A stretch of DNA of 32,986 nt from contig NC_057718.1 in NCBI RefSeq assembly GCF_004010195.1, positions 72,882,978 to 72,915,963 on the forward strand. The letters run 5' to 3'. The translations under genes and the position numbers were made by a program. Positions 10,520 through 22,583 of the stretch are shown piece by piece; position 1 is the stretch's first letter; the number at the start of each line of letters is the position of its first letter. The DNA is from Chiloscyllium plagiosum (Eukaryota). The notes below the pieces were generated by a model. That model was not told the origin of the DNA and did no database searches. It worked only from the letters and a program-made list of their open reading frames with translations.

Positions 10520-12690
10520 TAGCAAGTTGAGGAATAGAGAGAGAGAGGGAGGAGTTGAACACAGGACTACTGGGATTGTGCAGGAGGGAAGGTTTCGGAT
10601 ACCTGGGTAATTGGAGGTCATTCTTGAGTAGGTAGTCTACAGGATGGTGTACACCTGAACCAGAGGGGTACCAATATCCTGAGGGAGATGTTTGTTCATG
10701 CTCTTCAGGAGGATTTAAACTAATTCAGCAGGGGGATGGGAACCAAAATTGTAGTTTCAGTGTCCAGGAGGTTGAGAGTAGTGAGGTCAGAAATGAGTTT
10801 CCAAGGTCGCAAGAGTTCATCGGCAAGTAGGAAAGTGGTTTGAAGTGTGCCTACGTCAACGCTAGAAGGAGACATGAGAAATCATTGGCAGATAAGATCA
10901 AGGAAAACCCTAAAGATTTCTATAGGTATATCAAGAATAAAAGAATGACTAGAGAAAGATTAGGGCCAATCAAGGATAGTAGTGGGAAGCTGTACATGAA
11001 GTCCGAGGAGATGGGGAAGTGCTAAATGAATATTTTTCATCAGTATTCACACTGGAAAAAGACAATATTGTCAAGCAGAATACTGAGATAAGATGGGATT
11101 GAAGTTCACAAGGAGGAGGGGTCAGCAATTCTGGAAAATGTGGAAATAGGTAAGTCCCCTGGGCCAAATGGTATTTAACCTGGGATTCTCTGGGATGCCA
11201 GGGAGGAGAGTGCAGAGCCTTTGGCTTTGACCTTTATGTCATCATTGTCTACAGGAATTGTGCCAGAATACTGGAGGATCACAAAAATTGTCTCCTCAGT
11301 CAAGAAAGGGAATACAGCCAAGCCTGGTAATTATAGACCACTGAACCTTATTTCGATTGTGGGTAAAGTGTTGGAAAAGGTTATAAGAGTTAGAATTTAT
11401 AATCATCTAGAGAGGAATAAGTTGATTAGGGATAGTCAATGCAGTTTTGTGAAGGGTAGGTCATGTCTCACAAACCTTATTGAGTTCTTTGAAAAGGTGA
11501 CCAAACAGATGGATGAGGGTAAAGCGGTTGATATGGTGTATATGGATTTCAGTAAGGCTTTTGATAAGGTTCCCCATGGTTGGCTGTTGCGCAACATATG
11601 GAGGAATGGGATTGAGGGAGATTATGCAGTTTGGATCAGAAATTGGCTAGCTGAAAGAAGGCAGAGGGTGGTGTTTGATGGGAAATGTTCATCCTGGAGT
11701 TCAGTTACTAGTGGTGTACTGCAAGGATCTGTTTTGGGGCCACTGCTGTTTGTCATTTTTAAAAATGACCTGGATGAGGGTGTAGAAAGATGGGTTTGTA
11801 AATTTGTGGATGACACTAAGGTCGGTGGAGTTGTGGATAGTGCTGAAGGATGTTGCAGGTTTCAGAGGGACATAGAGGTGAGAGGAGAGCGCTGAGAGGT
11901 GGCAAATGGACTTTAATGTGGAAAAGTATGAGGTGATTCATTTAGGAAAGAGCAACAGGAATAAGGAGTATTGGGCTAATGGTAAGATTCTTGGTAGTGT
12001 ATATGAGCAGAGAGATCTCGGTGTCCATGTCCATAGATCCCTGAAAGATGCCACCTCGGTTGATAAGGTTGTTAAGAAGGCATACGGTGTGTTAGCTTTT
12101 ATTTGTAGAAGGATTGAGTTTTTGAACCACGAGATCATGCTGCAGCTGTATGAAACTCTGATGAGTCAACACTTGGAGTATTATATACAGTTATGGTCAC
12201 CGCATTGTAGGAAAGATGTGGAAGCTTTGGAAAGAGTTTAGAGGAGATTCACTAGGATGTTGCTTGGTATGGAGGGAGGGTCTTATGAGGAAAGGCTGAG
12301 GGATTTGAGGCTGTTTTTGTTAGAGAGAAGAAGGTTGAGAGGTGACTTAATTGAGATAGGATAATCAGAGGGTTAGATAGGATGGACAGTCAGAGTCTTT
12401 TTCCTCAGATGGTGTGGTTAGCACAAGGAGTCATAGCTTTAAATTGAGAGGTGATAAATATAGAACAGATGTCAGAGGTAGTTTCTTCACTCAGAGAGTA
12501 GTAGGGGTGTGGAATGCACTGCCTGCAACATTGGTAGACTCAAGGGCATTGACATGGTCATTGGATAAATATATGGATGAAAAGTAATAATGTAGGTTAG
12601 ATAAGCTTCAAATTAGTTCCATAGGTCAGCGCAACATTGAGGGCTGAAGGGCTTGGTCTGCGCTATAACATTCTATGTTCTATGTTCTGT
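10520..12690 (+). mobile_element. CR1 LINE with ORF1 esterase C-terminus, endonuclease-deleted ORF2, RT and 3' tail
   Basis: DGVHLNQRGTNIL (SGNH DxxH, from 10643), then LKCAYVNAR fused to RRHEKSLADKIKENPK. RT motifs MDFSKAFDKVPH, QGSVLGPLLF and FVDDTK; (TTCTATG)n tail. Confidence 0.92.
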
Positions 12691-12810
12691 TAGGTATAAT
12701 AATTATCGTGTGTTTAGCTTTTAGACTCCATAAATCTATTTTTATTTGTGCTTAGCATTTTGTAAGTTGAATTCTTCTTCTTGGGAGTTCAAAGGTTGTT
12801 GTATAGGATC

Positions 12811-15762
12811 ATGGCTAACTGTCTTCTTAAATGGTGCACCTGGAATGTTGAGGGGAGTCACTTGCCGTTCAAGAAGTAAAAGGTACTGTTGAGTCTTAAA
12901 AAGAGGAGGATGGATATTGCCCTATTACAGGAGACTCACCTTGATGACATAGAAAATCTGAAATTACAGCAAGGTGGGTTTGATTTTCTCGTCCTTCAAT
13001 ACCAAGAGCAGGTGAGTGGACATACTTGTCTGGAAGAATCTCCCGTTTAAGTTAATAGATCATATTAAATCTGAGTATGGACAGTTCGTAATTCTTAAAG
13101 CCTCAATATACGGTGAAAGGATGTTATTTTGAATGTTTATTGTCCCCTGGTGCACCCCTTAAATTTTTCATTGATGCATTCTCCAAATTGATGGCTCTTG
13201 GATCGTGGCATATCATTATTGGGGTGGAATTTAACTGCTTTATGGACCCTACAGTGGATAGAATGCCCAAAGGTCACTCAAAACTGTCTCCACAATCTAA
13301 GCAGCTCATTGATTTATGTGTGGAACTGGGGCTGGTGAATGTTTGGAGACATCTCCACCCTACGGGTAGGAACTTTATGTTTTTTACTAGTCTGAAAATT
13401 TGCTATCCAAGGATTGGTCTTTTCCTAGGTCGGAGTAAAACCTCTGAAATACAGCATTGATCTTTTAAGAATCAAAAGTGAGAATCCCAGTCCCTTCCCT
13501 AATTGAGGCAATAGATTGGGGATTCAATGAGATCCTGCACAGTTGGGAATATTGCCATCTCTGAATTTGCAGCAGTATATTTAGTAGTTGAGATGAAGGG
13601 AAATGTAACAGGTTCATGGTATGGGCAAATGGATACTTTAATTCTCAAGGACAGTAAGTTCATTAAGTACTTGTCTAATGAATTTAAAACATTCTTGACC
13701 GTCAATTTGGGTACAGCTAGTAACCCTTCTATTCTCTGGGGGACTGCTAAGGGTTATGTTAGAGAGATAATTATTTCTTATACTGCCAGTCAGAAGCGAC
13801 AGAAGGGAGAGCAGCGGTGTCTGCTTGAGGCATGATTGAAGGCAGCCTAGTTGGCATATTTTGACAGGCTAAGTTGCAGCAGGTCACAGCTCTTCAGTCT
13901 GCCTTCAATTCCATGCTCACACAGACAGCGAGGAAGGAACTTTCCTTTATGAAGCAAAGGCTGTTTGAGCATGGTGATAGGCTGGGTAAATATTTGGCAT
14001 ATCTGGCTAGGAAAAAGAATGCCCCCAATCTATTGCCTCAATTAGGGAAGGGACTGGGATTCTCATCTGTGATTCTAAAAAGATCAATGCTGTATTTCAG
14101 AAGTTTTACTCTGAGCTATACCAGTCAGAACACTGTGAGAATAGATAGGATAAGATGGAGTCCTTTGTTAAGAACCTAAATCTTCCAGACATGACTTCTG
14201 AACAGGTGTCTCTCCTTAATGCCCCTTTAAAAGTGCATGAGGTGCAGGAGGCAGTGAAGCAACTTCAAAGTGGAAAGGCACCCAGCCCTGATAGTCTTCC
14301 TATTAAATTTTACAAAGAATTTATAAATATATTGTCAGGGCCGATGTTGGACATGTACAACTATCTCCCGCCATCCAAGCTAATATCTCTCTCATCCTTA
14401 AGAAAGGAAGACTCCAGAGGACTGTGCTTTTTATTAATGCATCTTGCTTTAAAATTCTGATTTTACAATTCTGCCTTCTATTGTCAAAGACGACTTGATG
14501 GGTTTTGTAAAGGGCGGCAGATCCTCCAACAACGGTGGGAGGTTACCCAGCATGATTCAAATGTGTCAGCAGCGATCGGTTCAAGGATTAGTGAATTCCT
14601 TAGATGCAAAGAAGGCATTTGATCGGGTGGAGTGGCTATATCTTTTCTATACCCTGGAACGGTTTGGTCTTAGTGAAGTCTTACGAGGTGGGTAAGGGTC
14701 CTTTATAGTGATCCTCTGGTGGCGGTTCTCATCAATGGTGTAAAATCTAGTAATTTTAATATTTGTAGGGGCAGTCTGCAAGGTTGTCCCCTTTCACATC
14801 TACTTTTTACGTTGGTGATTGAGCCACTGGCAGAGGATAATCATAAGGATTCTTACATTGCTGCCCCAGAAGTGGGATCAAAGGCACATAAGATCACATT
14901 ATATACAGATGATGTTCTTATTTTTCTTTCAAATCCTGTGCCCCATTTGATACAGTGTATCAATTCATGTGGCTCCTTATTGGTTTACAAGATTAATTTT
15001 TCAAAATTGGAGGCTAAGCCTATGGGAGGTCTTGGGGGAATATCTGATGTTGAGGGTGAGTCACGATTTCCCTTTAAGTGGTCACAAGGAGGTTTTCTCT
15101 GTTTAGGCCTTTTTATTACTCCTGTCTTCAATCAGCTATTTAAGGCTAGTTTTGCCCACTTGGGAGGCCCTTCTGATATCTTGGTTAGGTTGAGTAGCTC
15201 TTATTAAAGTGAATGTCCTTCCTCAAGAATGTCCTTCCCCCAGATGCTCCTTGATTTTTCCCAGGCAACTGTTTCAGAGACTTAATGATTGGTTTAGCTT
15301 ATTTATCTGGCACCTTAGGCGGCCCCCTGTTAAGCTCACAAAATAGCAATTGCCCAAGGGCTGGGAGGAATGGACCTCCGGGATATTAAATGGTATCAAT
15401 TAAGCTCCCTTTTATCTTTTATAAGTAACTGGGCCTGTGGGGACCCGGCATCAGTATGGTTGGCTATTGAGGCCTCCCAGGCAAAGTTCATCTTATTAGC
15501 TTCTTATTTCAAGACAAAATTAGGACAGTTGTGGGATATTACTGTAATCCAATAATTATTAATACTGTCAAAGTGTGGAGGACAATGCGGCAGATTCGGG
15601 GTAATATGTTTAAAACACCATTTCTTACCCCTATAGTTGGTATGCTGGGTTTCCAGCCAGGGACAATGGAAGCAGGTTTAAACTCTGGGCAGCTAGGGGA
15701 GTTTCCTGATTGGGTGATTTATTTTGAGGAGAAATAATGATGTTCTTTGACCAAGTAATTTG
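12811..15762 (+). mobile_element. Decayed L1-clade LINE ORF2 (APE endonuclease and RT)
   Basis: MANCLLKWCTWNV, IALLQETHL, SLDAKKAFDRVEW, QGCPLSHLLF and LYTDDVLIFL motifs; multiple stops and frameshifts. Confidence 0.9.
13426..13521 (-). repeat. 96-bp inverted copy of 14023-14118 inserted in the L1 endonuclease region
   Basis: Reverse complement matches 14023-14118 with 7 mismatches and no gaps. Confidence 0.9.
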
Positions 15763-16632
15763 CAAATAGAATTAAGGAGAATCCAAAGGGTTTTTACAAC
15801 TACATTAAGGACAAAAAGGTAACTAGGGAGAGAATAGGGCCCTCAAAGATCAGCAAGGTGGCCTTTGTGTGGATCCGCAGAAAATGGGGGAGATATTAAA
15901 CGAGTATTTTGCATCAGTATTTATTGTGGAAAAGGATATGGAAGATATAGAAAGTAGGGAAATAAATGGTGACACCTTGCAAAATGTCCAGATTACAGCG
16001 GAGGAAGTGCTGGATGTCTTGAAATGCATAAAGGTGGGTAAATCCCAGGACCTGATCAGGTGCACCTGAGAACTCTGTGGGAAGCTAGAGAAGTGATTGT
16101 TGGGCCTTTTGCTGAGATATTTGTATCATCGATAGTCACAGGTGAGATGCCAGAAGACTGGAGGTTGGCTAACGTGGTGCCACTCTTTAAGAAGGGTAGT
16201 AAGGACAAGCTAGGGAACCATAGACCAGTGAGCCTGACGTCGGTGGTGGGCAAGTTAGAGGGAATCCTGAGGGACAGGATGTACATGTATTTGGAAAGGC
16301 AAGGACTGATTCGGGATAGTCAACTTGGCTTTGTGCGTGGGAAATCATGTTTTACAAACTTGATTGCATTGTTTGTAGAAGTAACAAAGAAGATTGATGA
16401 GGGCAGAGCAGTAGATGTGATCTATATGGACTTTAGTAAGGTGTTTGACAAGGTTCCCCATGGGAGACTGGTTAGCAAGGTTAGATCTCACGAAATACAG
16501 GGAGAACTTGCCATTTGGATACAGAACTGGCTCAAAGGTAGAAGACAGAGAGTGGTGGTGGAGGGTGTGTTTTTCAGACTGGAGGCCTGCGACCAGTGGA
16601 GTGCCACAAGGATCGGTGCTGGGTCCTCTACT
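15763..16632 (+). mobile_element. CR1 LINE tether/RT fragment
   Basis: IKENPKGFYNYIKDK, PEDWRLANVVPLFKKG, YMDFSKVFDKVPH, SGVPQGSVLGPLL. Confidence 0.9.
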
Positions 16633-17496
16633 GGCAAGAAGTTTGGTGGAGGGATGAGTATTTGGATAAAAGTAACGTGCAAGGCTAGGGGGGGAAAGCA
16701 GGGAATTGATACCAGCTTACCATATTAGAAAAATTAAAACCCATCTTAAAGATAACTTACAATTTTTTTTCTGTGGGGAGGTATGATGGAGGTGCATGAA
16801 ATATTATAATTATTTGGAAACGTGGATTCTGAAATGGACAGAATCATTGTAAATCTGATTTGTATTTTTATATTGTGTGTGTGTTAAGAAGAGAGTGACA
16901 TAGTTTAGTTTTATTTTGAAGTATTGTGTATGGTGCAGGATTATTTGAAATTTTGTCCACATGCATCAAAATGACTCCTTTGCCATCTTTGAATTGAGTA
17001 GTTCAGGGCATTAGAAACAAGGTTAGAAGAGGAAAGACCCACTATTGTTTAGCAACAGGAGCCCCAAAGCACAAAAAACATCAGGCAATCTGTACAGATT
17101 CAGCCAGACAGAAAAACTGCATAATTTTAGCAGTCTTCCAAAGGTCAGGAATAAAAGTCTTGAATGACTCAAGAAAAAAATTTGGAGCAGCAAACCACTG
17201 GAATCTGAAAATAACCGATGTACATGCTCTGAAAGTATTTAGACGTTCATTGCAGGAAAGTTCCAGAAACCAATTACAGCCATCCCAATTGAATTAGGAA
17301 CTTTAAATTGGAGACAGGGTAACCCTTTCACTGATCTTTGAATATCTGTAAGATTGTTATTCGGAGTAAAAGAGTTGATTTTCTATTTTTGACATTAGAT
17401 CTTTTCAATCAATATAATGTAAAATAGTTTTGATTTTTTTCTCTTTTTGTATATAATAAACATTGTTCTTTTGTTAAAGTACATTGACAACCATTG

Positions 17497-17678
17497 GGAG
17501 AAAGTGAGGACTGCAGATGCTGGAGATTAGAGCTGAAAAATGTGTTGCTGGAAAAGTGCAGCAGGTCAGGCAGCATCCAAGGAGCAGGAGAATCGACATT
17601 TCAGGCATAAGCCCTTCTTCAGGAAGGGCTTATGCCCGAAATGTCGATTCTCCTGCTCCTTGGATGCTGCCTGACCTC
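17497..17678 (-). mobile_element. Penelope-like family A fold-back insertion
   Basis: Inverted arms centred on CCCTTCTTCAGGAAGGG. 15-bp TSD CATTGACAACCA(T/C)TG at 17482-17496 and 17679-17693. Confidence 0.9.
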
Positions 17679-18886
17679 CATTGACAACCACTGACTGACC
17701 ACAACAGTAATCAGATAGCAAAAATGAAACTTATGGCCTTTCAAGCCAAGTCAAACTTTACAATGATTTGACCATTATTGTTATATTCTAGCATCATAGT
17801 ATCTTTACTAGAGTAGCACTCATTGAATTTGAGTGATCTGTAAATCTTTAAAAACAAGTATGTTAGGTATTGAGATCACGCAGACAGAAGCACTGTTGTG
17901 AAGTATATTACATGGATTTGAATTTCAAAATAACTTTGACTGTTGCTAAAACTTTTCTCAAAGTGGAAATGATCACAGTGAATAATTTAAAGACATGAAG
18001 TAAAATACAGAAAGCAAATGATTCTGACATGTTCAGCCCATTGTATTAAATTTTTTTAACGGATGGATCCTGAGTTCAGAGAGCAGTGTCAAACAGCTTG
18101 GTGAAAGCTATGTAATACCATTTTTGAATTTGAATTTCAAAATGGAGGCTGTTATGTGTTAATTCTGAGAGCGAGTTTCTTTATTAAGAAACCAGATCAG
18201 TGGATCCATTCAAAGCAATGATTAAAAACAATATTTTGTCAGAGAGCAGGTGATAGTGGATCCTATAATGTTAATGGAAAGATATTTATACTTTTGGATT
18301 TATCCAGTACACATGTAACACTTTTAGCTTTGTTTTCAGTTCAATAGGAATTAGAATGAACAAGGTTTCTTTTTATAAATTCAGTTTAGAAGATTCCAGT
18401 GTTAAGTTTAGAGGTCAGTTTAGTTCTCACCTAGAAGCAATTCAGGGAACAAGTTATCCTCAGCAGTTTAATTTGTTAAACGTTTCAAGCCAGAAGAATT
18501 TGGTTAGACGTCTCCTGGTTATTGAAACTGAGAAAATTTCAACTTTCAGATTTATAAGAAATTCATGCTGACAGATTTAGAAAGGACTAATTGAATCAAC
18601 TTCTTTGTCTACGGCAAAGCACCTGGAGAAGTCAGTTAAGTAGAACCCTAAATAGTTGCAATGAGGGCGACAATTTCTCTGGATTTGAGTCTGTGTAATG
18701 GCTAGTGTTGGGAAACAGTTTGAAATCATTCTAACTGTATATATTTAGACAGTTTGTATTTTAAAAAGCAATATTTATTTTTGTATGAGAAACTGGTGTT
18801 TTGTCATTTAATACAAAAGGCAGAGCTGAAAATGTGTTGCTGGAAAAGCGCAGCAGGTCAGGCAGCATCCAGGGAACAGGAGAATC

Positions 18887-18914
18887 GACGTTTCGGGCAT
18901 AAGCCCTTCTTCAG
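18887..18914 (-). ncRNA. Minimal hammerhead ribozyme motif (family A), intact core
   Basis: Minus strand CUGAAGA-A-GGGC(UUAU)GCCC-GAAAC-GUC. Confidence 0.8.
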
Positions 18915-18916
18915 GA

Positions 18917-19091
18917 NNNNNNNNNNNNNNNNNNNNNNNNNNNNNNNNNNNNNNNNNNNNNNNNNNNNNNNNNNNNNNNNNNNNNNNNNNNNNNNNNNNN
19001 NNNNNNNNNNNNNNNNNNNNNNNNNNNNNNNNNNNNNNNNNNNNNNNNNNNNNNNNNNNNNNNNNNNNNNNNNNNNNNNNNNNNNNNNNNN
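18917..19091. other. Assembly gap (175 N)
   Basis: Run of N. Confidence 1.
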
Positions 19092-19095
19092 ATTC

Positions 19096-19123
19096 CTGAA
19101 GAAGGGCTTATGCTCGAAACGTC
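19096..19123 (+). ncRNA. Minimal hammerhead ribozyme motif (family A), intact core
   Basis: CUGAAGA-A-GGGC(UUAU)GCUC-GAAAC-GUC, with one G-U pair in stem II. Confidence 0.78.
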
Positions 19124-19339
19124 GATTCTCCTGTTCCCTGGATGCTGCCTGACCTGCTGCGCTTTTCCAGCAACACATTTTCAGCTCTGATCTCCAGTAT
19201 CTGCAGACCTCACTTTCTCCTAATACAAAAGGCGCCCTCATGTGAATATTGCTCAGTGACTAATCACAACTTTAATTAATTAAACAATAAAATGTGTTCT
19301 ACCAAGCCAGATTTCATTCTGAGATGTGACTTTTACATC

Positions 19340-21270
19340 AGTTGGAGTCATAATAGCCTACTTGAAAATTGAATTAATGCCTGAGTGTTGTTGTTTGAAA
19401 GATAAAATATTCATGAGGTAACAGAAATTATTTCTGATACTCACCAACGAGGAAAGGACAGTATCTCATTAGGTGGTATTTCCATCTGAATAATATAACA
19501 AATGTTTGACTGGTTCACAAAATTCCAATAGCAGGTCACTTAAGTAATAGGAAGCACAAGCTAAAATATTACAACAATTTTATTGGCCAGGGTTACATAA
19601 GATTGTGGATAAATTTTGCCAGACATGCTATATATGCCAGGTAGTAGAGAAACGATAATGCGTACCTTTGCTTATGGTACAAACTTTCAAAGAACAATTT
19701 AGCACGGACATAACAAATTGTGAAGGACCCTGACCTAAAACCAAAAATGGGAATCAATATCTTTTAACAATACTGGATGAACAGGATTTCCTAAAGCGAT
19801 ATGTTTGGGGAAAATTACAGCAAAAAAGGAAAATTTAGCACATTTTTAAAATAAGATATGGATTACCCAAAGGAATACAATTTGGTCAGAGTTCAAATTT
19901 TATCTCGCAAATATTTGATGATGTAATGAATAGTTAGGAAAATTAGAAAGTTTGCATCAAGCATTAAATATTTTAAAAAACTTTATTGGATCATATTGTC
20001 AGGAATGTCCTAATGATTGGGGTAAAGGAATTCTCTTGTTATTTTTTATCATTAATGATGCCCCTAGTGAGTCCATGAGATTCAATCCTTTTGAACTGAT
20101 CTATGGACAGGAGGTGGAAGGATCCTTTAAGTTACTTAAATCAAAATTCAAAAACTACACTTCTGACCAAATATCAAAAACTAATGAAAATTTGTGAGTT
20201 AGCCAAAAAGCATTTAAAGAATCCTCAACAAAAAATGAAAATTACAGCAGTTAAAAAGGCAGTTCAGAATTTTGTAGCTAGAAACAAGGTATTAGTAGTA
20301 TTATCTGTCTCTGAGGAACTATTAAAACTAAAATTCATAGATCTTAACAAATAAAAAAAACCTCCGTTATGTGAAATAAGCAGTGAGTTATGTGAAATAA
20401 GCAGCAATAGGGAAAGAACATCAGGAAATAGATCATGCTTTACAGGTTGACATAATATCACAACAGGGAATAAGTATCTTACAATAGATGAAGAAATAAA
20501 AAAACAGAGCAATTTGAGAAGGAGTCATAAATTGAAATTCAAGTCATCTCTCTAGTAATCAGATTAGACAATACGAGGTGCTTGGAAAGTTAAATACAAT
20601 ACTATGTTACCTCCCATAAAGTGTTCAAGATGACTTACAGAATCTACTAGAATCTTAAAAAACAATTCATGCAAATACATCTGGAAAAAATGTCTTTGGC
20701 TGTACATGATGTTCATAATGTGATGTAGTGGATACACTCCCCTTAAAATAACAACATTACAGATTCAAAGGAGGTAGTCCAAGTGAGGGAAAAGATCGCA
20801 TTGTTGACGAACAAAGTCATTACTGAACTGTCATAGTAGCTGGAATTATCTATCATGCTGGTGCCAAAATGAATTGGATCACAACAACTTTGAATAGATT
20901 TAAAAAAAAAATCCTTTATAGGATGTGGGTGTTGTTGATTAGGCCAGCTTTTATCACCCATCCCTAGTTGTCCAGAGAATAATTCTGCTGTGGGTGTGGA
21001 GTCACATGTAGGTCAGATCAGGACAGGATGGCTGATACCTTTTTCTAAAGGACATTAGTGAACCAGATGGATTTTATAGAAATTGACAATGGCCTCCATT
21101 AGGATAGCTTATTGGATTCAAATGTTACTCCCTGCAATGGTGGGATTCGAACCTATGCCCCCAGATCCTAGGGTCATGGATTACTAGCCCAGGGAGATTA
21201 CCACTTCACTGCTCCATCTGTTGCCACAAGGAAAATTTGATTCATATTCAATTTTATAAGTGGAGGACTA
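19340..21270 (+). mobile_element. Highly decayed Gmr1-like gypsy LTR retrotransposon pol (integrase then RT start)
   Basis: HHCC: VHKIPIAGHL...FYWPGLHK..FCQTCYICQ. Core: PKTKNGNQYLLTI, RYGLPK and PFELIYG. Then the RT start IMLVPK*IGSQQL*ID (~20850-20900) and DSYSIL*VED (~21240-21270). Confidence 0.75.
20901..21212 (-). mobile_element. tRNA-derived SINE (non-HE1 family), decayed
   Basis: B box GGTTCGAATCC on the minus strand (21143-21153); interrupts the gypsy RT motifs. Confidence 0.65.
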
Positions 21271-21272
21271 CT

Positions 21273-22168
21273 TGTACTATAAAGCAAAGGTTGACCTCCC
21301 TCTGTAAACTAAAACCCGAACTCCCAAAGAGGTGTGCCTCACCCTAGAATCTGTAAAAGGAGTATGAAAAGTGGTGTAACTTGCTCTTCATCAATTTCTA
21401 GGAGTTAAATAAAAATAATTCCCTGACACCCACTTTAAACTCAACAAGTAACAATTTAGTTATCTAACTCTAACAGTGAACAAATTAACTAAATTATTAA
21501 CAAGTTGAAACTTTATTGCTGGAACAGCACAGCAGGTCAGGCAGCATCCAGGGAACAGGAGATTCGACGTTTCGGGCACAGGCCCTTTCTAACTTCTAAT
21601 ATTCCCAAATAAAACAAGATTCTGATGGCATGCTGTTCCAGTAAATATAAGTCCTCTTATATACATAAAAAAACAAGTCTCTTGAAATGACAGCCAGACT
21701 ACGTGTCTTCTAGAATGTCCTGTGCCTCCTCCATCAACTCTTCTGTCAGTAATGCTTTTCTGCTCAGATTCTTCTGTCAGGAATGCCTTTTTCTATTGTT
21801 GATATGTTTTTTTTAGATGATTGTGAGAGCCAATTTCTCTTTCAAGAAAGAGAGCTGAGGGGCATTAGCTCTTGTGGATGGCAGCTTGCTCTGGGGACTT
21901 TGTCCAACTGCCCCCTTCTTTTATATCCTTGATGACATATCAGTTTCTTATAATAAGATTGGTCTTATGTTGTCAAAACCATCAGATTTAAATTTAATAG
22001 GTTTTTGATATTTAAGTGCCTGGTTTAAGTTGAATGAGTAAACGTAAAGGGACTGGAAAGAGTTGTCTTGGTATAAACTGCTGCTTGGCCTGCTAAATGT
22101 ATGGTCTTTTGAAGCAAATGTTTCAGTTCAGGTGTTCTCTAATCCTGCAAACTTTAAAGCTGCTCACA
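21273..22168 (-). mobile_element. Possible solo LTR
   Basis: Begins TGT and ends ACA, starting where gypsy RT homology stops. Minus-strand CCAAT (21958-21962) and TATAAAAG (21918-21925). No TSD seen. Confidence 0.3.
21504..21586 (-). mobile_element. Penelope-like family A fragment
   Basis: TTGCTGGAACAGCACAGCAGGTCAGGCAGCATCC...GACGTTTCGGGCACAGGCCCT; stops right after hammerhead stem II. Confidence 0.8.
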
Positions 22169-22172
22169 GACA

Positions 22173-22583
22173 TGATTTGGAGATGCTGGTGTTGGACTGG
22201 GGTGTACAAACTTAAAAATCACACAACACCAGGTTATAGTCCAACAGGTTTAATTGGAAGCACTAGCTTTCGGAGTCCCACTCCTTCATCAGGTGGTTGT
22301 GGAGGACACAATTGTAAGACACAGAATTTATAGTAAAAGTTTACAGTGTGATGTATACATTGAAAAATACCTTGATTGTTTGATGAGTCTTTCATCTGTT
22401 AAAATGCCATGATAGTTTTACTTCTTTCATATGTAAATCACAAAACGTTTTTTTAAGAGTTACATTCTCAGGTTAACTGTAAGAATTGGTGTTAGCCAGA
22501 TAATATGTTGAAGGTGTTAGCCCCCTGTGTTCTCTGTCTGTGCCATAATGTTTAGACTGATTCTAATCTAAAAAGTGAGTTAG
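22173..22583 (-). mobile_element. Penelope-like family B 3' end with UTR
   Basis: Same terminus TGATTTGGAGATGCTGGTGTTGGACTGG as 2870 and 26683; contains a hammerhead motif. Confidence 0.8.
22264..22292 (-). ncRNA. Minimal hammerhead ribozyme motif (family B), intact core
   Basis: Minus strand CUGAUGA-A-GGAG(UGGGA)CUCC-GAAAG-CUA; stem I CAC/GUG. Confidence 0.78.

Larger units (their letters stand above)
18822..19220 (+). mobile_element. Young Penelope-like family A fold-back insertion spanning an assembly gap
   Basis: Near-perfect inverted arms of about 95 bp either side of the Ns. Perfect 13-bp TSD TAATACAAAAGGC at 18809-18821 and 19221-19233. Confidence 0.9.

Noticed and set aside
11221..12241. 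Longest ORFs (224 aa and 111 aa; also 16060-16728) as functional genes
   Set aside because: They are frameshifted CR1 RT fragments with no intact ORF2.
18754..19241. ORFs of 132 aa and 127 aa
   Set aside because: Artefacts of reading through the N gap and the palindromic arms.
16900..19335. One or two further solo LTRs
   Set aside because: AT-rich with AATAAA and vaguely similar ends, but no clear TG..CA termini or TSDs could be established.
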